Positions 48,944 to 58,875 of a DNA stretch of 64,000 nucleotides are shown in pieces. A program made the translations under genes and the position numbers. Source of the stretch: Paracoccaceae bacterium (GTDB lineage: Bacteria > Pseudomonadota > Alphaproteobacteria > Rhodobacterales > Rhodobacteraceae); contig JBNKWA010000077.1 of assembly GCA_050299555.1 (NCBI GenBank), positions 15,490 through 79,489 on the forward strand. Reading direction: 5' to 3'. How positions within the stretch are numbered: the first letter of the stretch is position 1; every line of letters begins with the position of its first letter. The notes under the pieces were generated by a model, which searched no databases, was not told where the DNA came from, and was given only the letters and a program-made list of their open reading frames with translations.

Positions 48944-50926
48944 GTGATCGCCGAACTCGGACATCTCGCTCTCGTCCTCGCCTTCCTGGTCGCGATCGTG
49001 CAGACGGTCGTGCCGATGGCGGGGGCGCATTTCCGCTGGGCCGACTGGATGGCGTTGGCGGTGCCCTCGGCGCTGATCCAGTTTGCGCTGACGGCCGCCG
49101 CCTTCGCGGCGCTGGTGCACGCCTTCGTGACCTCGGACTTCTCGCTGTCGGTGGTGGTGCAGAACTCGCACTCGCTCAAGCCGATGCTCTACAAGGTCAC
49201 TGGAACCTGGGGCAATCACGAGGGCTCGCTCTTGCTCTGGGTGCTGATCCTGACCCTTTTCGGCGCCATGGTGGCGCTGTTCGGCGGCAACCTGCCCGCC
49301 AGTCTCAAGGCCCGGGTGCTGGCGGTGCAGGCCTCGATCGCCGCCGCTTTCTTCGGCTTCCTGCTCTTCACCTCAAACCCGTTCCTGCGCCTCTCGGCCC
49401 CGCCGTTTGACGGCCACGACCTCAACCCGCTGCTGCAGGACCCTGGCCTCGCCTTCCACCCGCCCTTCCTTTATCTCGGCTATGTCGGCCTCTCGATGGC
49501 CTTCTCCTTCGCTGTGGCCGCGCTGATCGAGGGCAAGGTCGATGCCGCCTGGGCGCGCTGGGTGCGGCCGTGGACGCTGGCCGCCTGGATGTTCCTGACC
49601 ATCGGCATCGCGCTCGGCTCGTGGTGGGCCTATTACGAGCTCGGCTGGGGTGGCTTCTGGTTCTGGGATCCGGTCGAGAATGCCAGCTTCATGCCCTGGC
49701 TGATCGCCGGCGCGCTCTTGCATTCTGCCATCGTGGTGGAAAAGCGTGAGGCGCTGAAGAGCTGGACCATACTGCTGGCGATCCTCGCGTTCTCGTTCTC
49801 GCTGATCGGCACTTTCATCGTTCGCTCGGGGGTGCTCACCTCGGTTCACGCCTTCGCCAGCGATCCGTCCCGCGGTGTCTTCATCCTCGCCATCCTGACC
49901 GTCGCCATCGGCGGCTCACTGACGCTCTTTGCAGCACGGGCGCATGTGCTTGCCACCAGTTCCGTCTTCGGGCTGGTCAGCCGCGAGGCGGGGCTGGTGC
50001 TGAACAACCTGCTGCTGGTCGTGGCCGCGCTTGTGGTCTTCATGGGTACCGTCTGGCCGCTGATCGCCGAGCTCGCCTTTGGCTCCCAGGTCTCGGTCGG
50101 GCCGCCCTATTTCGAATGGGTGTTCACCCCGTTCATGATCGTCCTCGCGCTGATCCTGCCCATCGGCGCGGTGCTGCCGTGGAAGCGGGCGCGGCTCGGC
50201 CGGGCGGCGCGGCCCATGACCGGCATCGCGGCACTGGCGGTGGCGCTGGGCGGGCTGGCTTTCGCCATGCAGACCGGCCGTTCGCCCCTCGGCCCGGTCG
50301 GTGCTGCCCTCGGCGCCTGGCTGGTGCTGGGTGCGCTCGCCGACTTCGCCCGGCGGCTCAGGCTCGGAACCGGGCCGCTTTTGGAATCCATGCGCCGCGC
50401 CGGCGGCCTGCCGCGCTCGGAATGGGGCAAGCTGCTGGCCCATGCGGGGCTCGGGCTGACCATCTTCGCTGTCGCCGCCATCGACGCCTGGAAGGTCGAG
50501 GACATCCGCGCCGCGCGCCCAGGCGACAGCTTTGCGGTCGGCCCCTACGAGGTCGAATTCGCCGGGGTGACGCCGGTAGAGGGGCCCAACTACCAGGCTG
50601 AAGAGGCGACGCTGGTCGTCACCCGGGCCGGGCAGCCGGTGGCCACGCTGCACCCGCAGAAGCGGTTCTATCCGGTGCAGCGGATGCCCACCACCGAGGC
50701 CGGCATCGACCGCGGCATTACCCGCGACCTCTACCTGGTGCTCGGTGACCGTCAGCCTGACGGCAGCTATGCGGTGCGCAGCTTCATTCGCCCCTTCGCC
50801 AACTGGATCTGGGGCGGCGCCATCATCATGGCGCTGGGCGGATTCCTCAGCCTCACCGACCGGCGCTACCGGGTCGGGGCACCTGCCCGTCGCGCCGCGC
50901 CGACGGCTGCAGTACCGGCCGAATGA
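48944..50926 (+). CDS. ccmF: Heme lyase CcmF/NrfE (Ccl1)
   Basis: GTG at 48944 after GGAGG. WGGFWFWDPVENASFMPW WWD motif. About 15 TM. Confidence 0.95.
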   Translation: MIAELGHLALVLAFLVAIVQTVVPMAGAHFRWADWMALAVPSALIQFALTAAAFAALVHAFVTSDFSLSVVVQNSHSLKPMLYKVTGTWGNHEGSLLLWVLILTLFGAMVALFGGNLPASLKARVLAVQASIAAAFFGFLLFTSNPFLRLSAPPFDGHDLNPLLQDPGLAFHPPFLYLGYVGLSMAFSFAVAALIEGKVDAAWARWVRPWTLAAWMFLTIGIALGSWWAYYELGWGGFWFWDPVENASFMPWLIAGALLHSAIVVEKREALKSWTILLAILAFSFSLIGTFIVRSGVLTSVHAFASDPSRGVFILAILTVAIGGSLTLFAARAHVLATSSVFGLVSREAGLVLNNLLLVVAALVVFMGTVWPLIAELAFGSQVSVGPPYFEWVFTPFMIVLALILPIGAVLPWKRARLGRAARPMTGIAALAVALGGLAFAMQTGRSPLGPVGAALGAWLVLGALADFARRLRLGTGPLLESMRRAGGLPRSEWGKLLAHAGLGLTIFAVAAIDAWKVEDIRAARPGDSFAVGPYEVEFAGVTPVEGPNYQAEEATLVVTRAGQPVATLHPQKRFYPVQRMPTTEAGIDRGITRDLYLVLGDRQPDGSYAVRSFIRPFANWIWGGAIIMALGGFLSLTDRRYRVGAPARRAAPTAAVPAE

Positions 50927-51393
50927 CCCGCCTCGGCACCGTTCTCGCCGCGATGGCGCTCCTGGCCGCCGCGCCGGCTCCGGCAGTGCAGCCCGACGAG
51001 GTGCTGGATGACCCCGGCCTCGAGGCGCGTGCCCGGGACCTGTCGGCAGGGCTCCGCTGCCTGGTCTGCCGCAACGAGTCCATCGACGAATCCAATGCCG
51101 GGCTGGCCCGCGACCTGCGCCTTCTGGTGCGCGAACGCCTTACCGAGGGTGACAGCGACCAGGAGGTGCTCGATTTCATCGTCGCCCGCTATGGCGACTA
51201 CGTGCTCCTGAGGCCTCGCCTCGCCGGCAGCAACCTCGTCCTCTGGCTTACCGCGCCGGTGCTGCTGCTGGCCGGCGCCGGCGTCGCCGTGATCTACCTG
51301 CGCGGACGCGCACGCGGCCAGACCCCGGCAAGGCTCTCGGAGGCCGAGGAGAAAAAGCTCGCCGCGCTTCTTGAACGCGAAGGCGACGCCTGA
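50923..51393 (+). CDS. ccmH: Cytochrome c-type biogenesis protein CcmH (Ccl2)
   Basis: LRCLVCRNESIDESNAGLARDLR CxxC motif. ATGA overlap with ccmF. Confidence 0.9.
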   Translation: MTRLGTVLAAMALLAAAPAPAVQPDEVLDDPGLEARARDLSAGLRCLVCRNESIDESNAGLARDLRLLVRERLTEGDSDQEVLDFIVARYGDYVLLRPRLAGSNLVLWLTAPVLLLAGAGVAVIYLRGRARGQTPARLSEAEEKKLAALLEREGDA

Positions 51394-51485
51394 TCCCACC
51401 CCGCTCCCCGGGTCTGACCCCACGTCCTGCTTTCCCGGCGGCCCGGCCTCCGTTAGCCTGACCGCCCGAAAGGAAAGGGCCGGCC

Positions 51486-52262
51486 ATGTCTGACGATCCG
51501 CTGCTCTATGCCCTCGCCGATGGCGTCGCCACGCTGACGCTGAACCGCCCCGAGGTGATGAACGGGCTCAGCACCGATCTGCGGCAGGCGCTGACCGCCG
51601 GGATCGCCCGGGCCAGCGCCGAGGCGCGGGTGATCGTCCTGACCGGGGCCGGCCGCGGCTTCTGCTCCGGCCAGGATCTGAGCGATGCCGGCGATCTGGC
51701 CAGCCTCGATCTCGAGGCGGTGCTGAACGACGAATACGTGCCGATGCTCCGGGCGATCTACGACTGCCCGCTGCCCACCATCGCTGCGGTCAACGGCCCG
51801 GCGGCCGGGGCAGGCGCCAATCTCGCGCTCGCCTGCGACGTGGTGATCGCCGCCGAATCGGCCACCTTCATCCAGGCTTTCGCCCGCATCGGCCTGGTGC
51901 CCGACGCTGGCGGCACCTATTGGCTGCCGCGCCAGATCGGCCTGCCGCGGGCCATCGGCGCGGCGCTTTTCGCCGAGCCGGTCAGTGCCGCGCAGGCCGA
52001 GGAATGGGGGATGATCTGGCAGGCGGTGCCGGATGCCGAGTTCCCGGCCACGGTCGCCACCCGGGCGCGCCAACTCGCCAACGGTCCCACCGGCACCTAC
52101 CGGCTGATCAAGCAGGCGCTGAGGGCGAGCTTCGAGAACGGGCTCGCGCCGCAGCTGGCGCTCGAGGCGGCGCTGCAGGGCGAGGCCGGCAAGTCCGCCG
52201 ATTTCCGCGAGGGCGTGGCGGCCTTCCTCGAGAAACGCCCGGCAAGGTACCAGGGGCGCTGA
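51486..52262 (+). CDS. Enoyl-CoA hydratase/isomerase family protein (PaaG-like)
   Basis: 258 aa. Crotonase fold: VLTGAGRGFCSGQDL, AAVNGPAAGAGANLALACD. Confidence 0.9.
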   Translation: MSDDPLLYALADGVATLTLNRPEVMNGLSTDLRQALTAGIARASAEARVIVLTGAGRGFCSGQDLSDAGDLASLDLEAVLNDEYVPMLRAIYDCPLPTIAAVNGPAAGAGANLALACDVVIAAESATFIQAFARIGLVPDAGGTYWLPRQIGLPRAIGAALFAEPVSAAQAEEWGMIWQAVPDAEFPATVATRARQLANGPTGTYRLIKQALRASFENGLAPQLALEAALQGEAGKSADFREGVAAFLEKRPARYQGR

Positions 52263-52389
52263 AGAACGGGTGCGATTGATCGAGGGAATGCCCGAGCGGC
52301 GTCTTGCTGCCACCTGGCCGGTTCGCTTCTGGTCCTCGTCACCGCAGACGTTCCGCGATTTCGGCACCGGCCTGTTGGGGCGTCACCCC

Positions 52390-52776
52390 TCAGGCGGCCC
52401 GGCTGCTGTCCGGCCCCGCCGCGGCCCGGCCGTCATGCCCCGCCACCAGCTCGTCCAGCATCGGTGACAGGTCCTCCACCCGCTTCGCGATCACATGCAC
52501 CACCCGCCCGTCGCGCTGGATCGGGCCGGTGACCCTCAGCAGTCGCCCGGCGATCACCGCCCGGCGGTTGGCCGCATAGACCTGGGCCCAGACCACCACG
52601 TTGGCGACCCCGGTCTCGTCCTCCAGGGTGACGAAGATGACCCCCTTCGCCGTGCCCGGACGCTGGCGCACCAGCACCAGCCCGGCGACCGTGACAGTGG
52701 CGCCCGCAGGCGGCAGGTGCAGCATGCAGGCGGGCAGGGCGGCAGGCGGGCGGGGCCAGTCATAAGGCTCGAGCAT
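52390..52776 (-). pseudogene. C-terminal OB-fold remnant of error-prone DNA polymerase DnaE2 (128-codon ORF)
   Basis: [38 protein letters not shown]...[15 protein letters not shown] matches the conserved DnaE2/DnaE C-terminal OB domain. No polymerase core, imuA or imuB is nearby. The upstream part of track ORF 52390..53094 is antisense to fdx. Confidence 0.6.
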
Positions 52777-52778
52777 GA

Positions 52779-52793
52779 GAACATAATAGGAAC
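52779..52793 (-). promoter_or_regulatory. Alphaproteobacterial SOS (LexA) box GTTC-N7-GTTC
   Basis: The minus strand reads GTTCCTATTATGTTC, ending 2 nt before the ATG of the dnaE2 remnant, within a local AT-rich patch. Confidence 0.5.
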
Positions 52794-52893
52794 AATATTC
52801 GCGCCGATCAAGCGTGGCCAGCCGGCCGTCACCGCCCCGTCGGCACCGTCCGCTCCCCGATTCGGGGTGGCGGTGCCGGCAAGGGCGCATTAG

Positions 52894-53256
<363 letters not shown>

Positions 53257-53262
53257 GCCGCC

Positions 53263-54513
53263 CTAGCGGCCGCCCGGCCCCAGCGCCCGCCAGCCGATGT
53301 CGCGGCGGCAGAACCCGCCCGGCCAGTCGATCCGCCCGACGATGCCATAGGCGAGGTCCCGCGCCTCGGCCAGGCTCGCCCCCCTTGCGGTGACGTTCAG
53401 CACCCGGCCGCCACTGGAAACCAGCCTGCCGTCCTCCGCCTTCGTCCCGGCATGGAAGACCTGCACCCGCGGGTCGGCGACCTCGGGCAGCCCGATCGCC
53501 TCGCCCTTCGCATAGGTGCCGGGATAGCCCTTGGCCGCCAGCACCACGGTGATGGCGTGATCCTCGGCCCAGTGCGGCCGCAGGGTGCCGAGCCGCCCCT
53601 CGGACGCCGCCAGCATCAGGTCCAGCGCCTGGGCGCCAAGCCGCAGCATCAGCACCTGGCACTCGGGGTCGCCGAAGCGGACATTGTACTCCACCAGCCG
53701 CGGGCGGCCGTCCTCGATCATCAGCCCGGCATAAAGCACTCCCTGATAGGGTGTGCCCCGGCGCGCCAGCTCGGCCAGCGTCGGGCGGATGATCGTCTCC
53801 ATTGCCAGCGCCTCGACCTCCGGGGTCAGCACCGGCGCCGGCGAATAGGCACCCATACCGCCGGTATTCGGCCCCTCGTCACCGTCAAAGGCGCGCTTGT
53901 GATCCTGGGCGCCGCCGATCGCCACCGCCGCCTCGCCGTCGCAGAGCACGAACAGCGAGGCCTCCTCGCCGGCCATGAATTCCTCGATCACCACCGGCGT
54001 GCCGTCCAGCATGTCGATGGCCGCCAGCGCCTCGGCCTCGGTCATCGCCACGGTAACGCCCTTGCCGGCCATCAGCCCGTCGGCCTTGATGACGATGGGC
54101 GCGCCGACCTCTTGCACATGGGCCCGAGCGGCCCCGGGGTCGGTGAATCGCGCCCAGGCGGCGGTCGGCGCGCCGCAGGCGTCGCAGATTTCCTTGGTGA
54201 AGGTCTTCGACGCTTCAAGCTCGGCCGCCGCCCGGTTCGGCCCGAAGGTCAGGAACCCGGCCGCCCTCAGCGCGTCCGCCACCCCGGCCGCCAGCGGCGC
54301 CTCGGGGCCGATGACGACGAAATCCGCCGCCACCTCGCGGGCCAGAGCTACCACCGCGTCCGCATCCTCGATATCGCAGGCCCGGCACTCGGCCAGCGCC
54401 GCGATCCCGGCATTGCCCGGTGCCGCCACCAGACGGTCGCATTGCGGGTTCTGCCGCATCGCCCAGGCCAGCGCGTGTTCGCGCCCACCGCCGCCGAGAA
54501 GAAGGATGTTCAT
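53263..54513 (-). CDS. purD: Phosphoribosylamine--glycine ligase
   Basis: The ATG at 54513 gives MNILLLGGGGREHALAWA..., 416 aa. The remainder of the 815-aa track ORF is antisense to xseA. Confidence 0.97.
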   Translation of the reverse strand: MNILLLGGGGREHALAWAMRQNPQCDRLVAAPGNAGIAALAECRACDIEDADAVVALAREVAADFVVIGPEAPLAAGVADALRAAGFLTFGPNRAAAELEASKTFTKEICDACGAPTAAWARFTDPGAARAHVQEVGAPIVIKADGLMAGKGVTVAMTEAEALAAIDMLDGTPVVIEEFMAGEEASLFVLCDGEAAVAIGGAQDHKRAFDGDEGPNTGGMGAYSPAPVLTPEVEALAMETIIRPTLAELARRGTPYQGVLYAGLMIEDGRPRLVEYNVRFGDPECQVLMLRLGAQALDLMLAASEGRLGTLRPHWAEDHAITVVLAAKGYPGTYAKGEAIGLPEVADPRVQVFHAGTKAEDGRLVSSGGRVLNVTARGASLAEARDLAYGIVGRIDWPGGFCRRDIGWRALGPGGR

Positions 54514-54666
54514 CGCCGTCCCCGCGCTGCCATGGCCCGCCGCATAGCGAAGCGCCGCCAGCGGGGCAAGCCCGGCGGCCCGCCGCGACCCCTCGCGCGG
54601 CGCAGCGCTGCAGGTGCCTGACCGGTCAACCCTTTCCCGTCGCGCGCCGATCGGGCATGACGGGGC

Positions 54667-56226
54667 ATGTCCGATCTGTTCGAAGACCCGAGCCCCGGCG
54701 GCAACGCACCGGAATTCACCGTCACCGAGATTTCCGGCGCCGTCCGCCGGGTCATCGAGGGCGAGTTCTCCCGGGTGCGGGTGCGGGGCGAGGTCGGCCG
54801 GGTATCGCGCCCCGGCTCGGGACACCTCTATTTCGACCTCAAGGATGACCGCTCGGTGCTTGCGGCAGTGTCGTGGCGGGCCCAGGCGGCACGCCTCACG
54901 GTCCGGCCCGAAGAGGGCATGGAGGTGATCGCCGTCGGCCGGCTGACCACCTTCGGCGCGCAATCGAAGTACCAGCTCGTGGTCGAGGAACTGCAGCTTG
55001 CGGGGCAGGGGGCACTGCTGGCGATGCTGGAGCGCCGCCGCAAGGCACTGGCGGCCGAGGGGCTGTTCGATTCGGCCCGCAAGCGGCCGCTGCCATACCT
55101 GCCGGCGGTGATCGGGGTCGTCACCTCGCCTTCGGGGGCGGTGATCCGCGACATCCTGCACCGCCTGCGCGACCGATTCCCGCGCGAGGTGCTGGTCTGG
55201 CCGGTGACCGTGCAGGGCACCAGGTGCGCCGACGAGGTGGCCGCCGCCATCCGCGGCTTCAACGCGCTTGCCCCGGGCGGCGCGCTGCCGCGCCCGGACG
55301 TGCTCATCGTTGCCCGGGGCGGCGGCTCGATCGAGGACCTCTGGGGCTTCAACGAGGAGGTCGTGGTGCGCGCCGCCGCGGCCAGCGACATCCCGCTGAT
55401 CTCGGCCGTGGGGCACGAAACCGACACCACGCTGATCGACCTCGCCGCGGATGTGCGGGCGCCGACGCCGACGGCAGCGGCGGAACTGGCGGTGCCGGTC
55501 CGGGCCGAGCTTCTCGCCACCGTCGCCGGGCTGGAGGAGCGCCGCCTGCGCGCCCTGGCCCGTTCCATGGAGCAGGCGCGGCAGCGGCTGCGCGATCTGG
55601 CCCGGGCATTGCCGCGACCCGAGGCGCTGACCGCCGAACGCGGCCAGCAGCTCGACCATCTCGCCACCCGCCACGCCGCGGCGCTGCCGCGCTTCATCGA
55701 CGGCCGGCATCGCCAGCTCGGCGCCATCGCCTTCCGACCGGAACGATTGGAAGGGCTGGTGGCCACCAAGAAGGCCAACCTCGACTCCGTCGCCGAGCGC
55801 CTGTCGACCAGGCTCGGCCGCGTGATCGAGCGCGGGCGCGACCGGTTGGCGGCGCAGCGGCTGTCGCCGGCGCGGCTGGAACAGCGCCGGGCCGAGGCCA
55901 CGCGCGGGCTGCTGCAGACTTCCGAGCGTCTGTCACGCGCCACCGGGGCCCAGCTCGCCGGCTGGCGGGGGCAACTCGACGGGCTCGAGCGGGTGCGCCA
56001 GACCGTCGGATACCGGGCGACGTTGAAACGCGGCTTCGCCGTGGTGCACGGGCCCGGCGGCGTCGTCGCCAGCCGCGATGCCGCGGCGGCCGAGGCGGCG
56101 CTGGAGATCGAGTTCGCCGACGGCCGCCTGCCGGTGGCTCCGGGCAATCCGCCCCCCGAGGCCCCATCCCGGCCGGCGCCGCGCCGAAAGACAGCCAGGG
56201 GCGATCCCCAGGGCAGCCTTTTCTGA
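54667..56226 (+). CDS. xseA: Exodeoxyribonuclease VII large subunit
   Basis: OB fold [28 protein letters not shown], catalytic [16 protein letters not shown], long coiled-coil C-terminus. Confidence 0.95.
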   Translation: MSDLFEDPSPGGNAPEFTVTEISGAVRRVIEGEFSRVRVRGEVGRVSRPGSGHLYFDLKDDRSVLAAVSWRAQAARLTVRPEEGMEVIAVGRLTTFGAQSKYQLVVEELQLAGQGALLAMLERRRKALAAEGLFDSARKRPLPYLPAVIGVVTSPSGAVIRDILHRLRDRFPREVLVWPVTVQGTRCADEVAAAIRGFNALAPGGALPRPDVLIVARGGGSIEDLWGFNEEVVVRAAAASDIPLISAVGHETDTTLIDLAADVRAPTPTAAAELAVPVRAELLATVAGLEERRLRALARSMEQARQRLRDLARALPRPEALTAERGQQLDHLATRHAAALPRFIDGRHRQLGAIAFRPERLEGLVATKKANLDSVAERLSTRLGRVIERGRDRLAAQRLSPARLEQRRAEATRGLLQTSERLSRATGAQLAGWRGQLDGLERVRQTVGYRATLKRGFAVVHGPGGVVASRDAAAAEAALEIEFADGRLPVAPGNPPPEAPSRPAPRRKTARGDPQGSLF

Positions 56227-56262
56227 CAGATTTTGCGGCCCCGGGCATGCCGCGGTCGGCCT

Positions 56263-56330
56263 GTCCCCATGGGGACATGGGGTCAACATGTTGATATTGC
56301 TGCAATTCAAGTGGGGACACGTGTGGGGAC
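56263..56330 (+). repeat. GGGGAC-repeat element, copy C (68 bp)
   Basis: GTCCCCATGGGGAC-ATGGGGTCAACATGTTGATATTGCTGCAATTCAAG-TGGGGAC-ACGTG-TGGGGAC, between the convergent genes xseA and xthA. Confidence 0.8.
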
Positions 56331-56383
56331 GCCGCGGGCGGCACTGGCCCGGGGCGGTAATGCGCCCCGATTGGTGCCGGTCG

Positions 56384-57157
56384 CTATCCGGCCAGCTCGG
56401 CCCAGACCGGGGCGTGGTCCGAGGCGTTCTCGCGGCCGCGAACGGCCCGATCCACGCCCGAGGCCCTCAGCCGGGGTGCAAGCCCGGGGCTCAAGAGGAT
56501 GCAGTCCAGCCGCAGCCCGGCGTCACGCTCCCAGCGCTGGCGGCGATAGTCCCAGAAGGTGAAGAGCCGCCCCTCGGGCTGGCAGGCCCTGAGCGCTTCG
56601 GTCCAGCCCTGGGCCAGCAACGCCCGGAACCGGTCGCGGACCTCGGGCTGCAGCAGCGCGTTGTCGTCGTACGAACGCGTGGGATAGATGTCGTCCGGCC
56701 CCAGCACGACGTTGAAGTCGCCGGCCAGCGCCACCGGCACACCCTCGGCCAGCAGGCTTTCGGCATGGGCGTTGAGCCGGTCCATCCAGGCAAGCTTGTA
56801 GTCGAATTTCGGCCCCGGCCGCGGGTTGCCGTTCGGTGCATAGACCGACGCGACCAGCACCCCCGCGACGGCGGCCTCGACATAGCGGGCCTGCCGGTCC
56901 GCGTCGTCGCCCGGCAGCGCGGTGCGGGTCAGCACCGGATCGCGGCCGCGGGCAAGGATGGCGACGCCGTTCCAGGTCCGCTCGCCGCACCAGACGGCGC
57001 CATAGCCGGCTTCGGCCAGCGCACTGCGCGGAAACTGCGTGTCGGTCGCCTTCAGCTCCTGCAGGCAGACCGCGTCGGGCTGCGCCTCGGCCAGCCAGTC
57101 CAGGAGGTTCGGCAGCCGCTTGCGGATGTTGTTGATGTTGAAGCTGGCGATCTTCAT
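56384..57157 (-). CDS. xthA: Exodeoxyribonuclease III (AP endonuclease, EEP fold)
   Basis: MKIASFNINNIRKRL...CLQELK...SDHAPVW. The start abuts the stop of the upstream hydrolase gene (TAG then ATG). Confidence 0.95.
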   Translation of the reverse strand: MKIASFNINNIRKRLPNLLDWLAEAQPDAVCLQELKATDTQFPRSALAEAGYGAVWCGERTWNGVAILARGRDPVLTRTALPGDDADRQARYVEAAVAGVLVASVYAPNGNPRPGPKFDYKLAWMDRLNAHAESLLAEGVPVALAGDFNVVLGPDDIYPTRSYDDNALLQPEVRDRFRALLAQGWTEALRACQPEGRLFTFWDYRRQRWERDAGLRLDCILLSPGLAPRLRASGVDRAVRGRENASDHAPVWAELAG

Positions 57158-57790
57158 CTAGCCAAGGCGCGCCGCCCAGCCGGCGACACTGCCGGCCACT
57201 GTCGCCAGATGGTCGGTCGCGGTCAGCCCGGTCAATCGCTTGCGCGGCTTCAGGTCGTGGTCGCCATCCTCCAACCACAGGATCTCGATGGTCGGCGACA
57301 GGGTCAGCGGCGCGATCTCGTCGCGGCTACCGAAGGGGTCGCGGGTGCCCTGACAGATCAGCGCCGGCGTCTGCAGCCCCTCCAGATGCGCGGTGCGCAG
57401 CTGCGCCGGCCGGCCCGGCGGATGGAACGGGTAGCCGAGGCAGACCAGCCCGGCGATGGCGCCTGCGGCGAAAAGTTCGTCCGCGACCATGCTGGCGACC
57501 CTGCCACCCATGGACTTGCCGCCGATGACCAGCGGTGTCGCCGCGCCAAGCGCCGCGACCGCGGCGCGATATTCGGGGATCACCGTCTCGGCCCGGGGCG
57601 GGGGCTTGCGCCGGCCGTCGCGGCGGGCGGCCATGTAAGCGAACTCGAACCGCGCCACGGCAAGACCGGCGGCGACGAAGGCAGCGGTGGCAGCCTCCAG
57701 CGCCGGTGAATCCATCGGCGCGCCGGCGCCGTGGGCCAGAAGCAGCGTCACCGCCGCATCCGCCGGTCCGTCACGCAGAAAGGCGGTCAT
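57158..57790 (-). CDS. Alpha/beta-hydrolase family protein (COG3571-like)
   Basis: The ATG at 57790 overlaps the upstream stop (ATGA). LLLAHGAGAPMDS, nucleophile elbow GGKSMGG, GTRDPFG, DGDHDL. Confidence 0.8.
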   Translation of the reverse strand: MTAFLRDGPADAAVTLLLAHGAGAPMDSPALEAATAAFVAAGLAVARFEFAYMAARRDGRRKPPPRAETVIPEYRAAVAALGAATPLVIGGKSMGGRVASMVADELFAAGAIAGLVCLGYPFHPPGRPAQLRTAHLEGLQTPALICQGTRDPFGSRDEIAPLTLSPTIEILWLEDGDHDLKPRKRLTGLTATDHLATVAGSVAGWAARLG

Positions 57791-58875
57791 CGCACGGCCG
57801 CCTGCAGCGCCACCAACTGCAGCCCCTTGGCGGCGCGGCGGCCCCATTCACTGTCGGGGTCGAGCTCCAGGTAGCGTTCCCACCAGCGCCGGGCCTGGTC
57901 CAGCCGGCCGGAGTCGAATTCCAGCTTGGCGAGGTTGAAGGCGGCGTCGGCATAACCCGGATCCCGTTCCAGCGCCCGGGTCAGGTGGCGCCGCGCGGCC
58001 CCCACATGGCCGCTGTCGCTCATCAGCCCGGCAAGGTTGAACCAGGCCTCGACGAAGCCCGGGTCGATCTTGACCGCGCGGGCATAGTCATGGGTGGCCT
58101 CGGCAGCGCGCCCAAGCTCTCGCAGGCAGTTGGCGCGGTTGAAGGCAGCGACGGAGTCGCCGGGGTCGGCAGCCAGCGCGCGCCCGTAAAGCGTGGCGGC
58201 CTCGGCAAGGTCGCCGTCGGCCTCGGCCGCCTCGGCGGCGGCGAAGAGCGCATCGGGGTCAGCGTCGGCCGCCGGCGCGAGGTCGAGCCGGCCCTGGCCG
58301 TCGAGCTCGGCCGTCCCGGTGCCGTGGCGGGCAACGATCGTGTCATCGCCCGCCAAAGCCAGAGCCTGGGCGGTGAGTGCGGCCGGATCCGCCGCCCGCC
58401 GGACGGCGCGCGCGACCGGCAGCCAGCCGGCGCCGTCGGCGATCAGCCGGGCGTATTTCCGGGCGAGGATGAGATCGCGAAAGCCGAAGGGCCCGGTGTC
58501 GGTCTCGAAGGCGTCGAAGACGGCAAGGAGGTCGAAATCGGCCTCGGCGAGCCCCGACTGGTCGATCAGCCCCCGCCGGGTCAGGGCGGCGGCTTCGGGT
58601 GTTGCGTTAGCCGGCAGGACGCCGAGGCGGCGGAGAAATCCAGCCTCGCTCCAGGCGGCGCAGCCGGCAGCGGTGACGGCGGCAAGGTCGGCGGCAATGG
58701 CCTCGGCATCGGCCCGGTCGAGCAGCCGGCGCCCGAAGACCACGGCGCTGGCGCTGCGGGTCAGGCCGCGCCTCAGCCGGCCGCCCTGGGCCTCCACGGC
58801 GCGCGAGGCCAGGCGCCGCGGCACGGCCTCCAGCGGGCCGATGATTCCCAGCGACTGGCCGTCGAGCGCGGTCAC
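57787..58875 (-). CDS. BRCT-like N-terminal domain + TPR-repeat protein
   Basis: 362 aa. LDGQSLGIIGPLEAVPRRLASRAVEAQGGRLRRGLTRSASAVVFG...W is BRCT-like. The C-terminal half has several TPRs (AEATHDYARAVKIDPGFVEAWFNLAGL..., AFNLAKLEFDSGRLDQARRWWERYLELDP). The start overlaps the ku stop (ATGA). Confidence 0.7.
   Translation of the reverse strand: MTALDGQSLGIIGPLEAVPRRLASRAVEAQGGRLRRGLTRSASAVVFGRRLLDRADAEAIAADLAAVTAAGCAAWSEAGFLRRLGVLPANATPEAAALTRRGLIDQSGLAEADFDLLAVFDAFETDTGPFGFRDLILARKYARLIADGAGWLPVARAVRRAADPAALTAQALALAGDDTIVARHGTGTAELDGQGRLDLAPAADADPDALFAAAEAAEADGDLAEAATLYGRALAADPGDSVAAFNRANCLRELGRAAEATHDYARAVKIDPGFVEAWFNLAGLMSDSGHVGAARRHLTRALERDPGYADAAFNLAKLEFDSGRLDQARRWWERYLELDPDSEWGRRAAKGLQLVALQAAVR

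Noticed and set aside
53263-55710. 815-aa ORF suggesting a giant PurD fusion.
   Set aside because: Only the C-terminal 416 aa (from the ATG at 54513, MNILLLGGGGREHALAWA) is PurD. The N-terminal part is antisense to xseA and has shadow-ORF composition.
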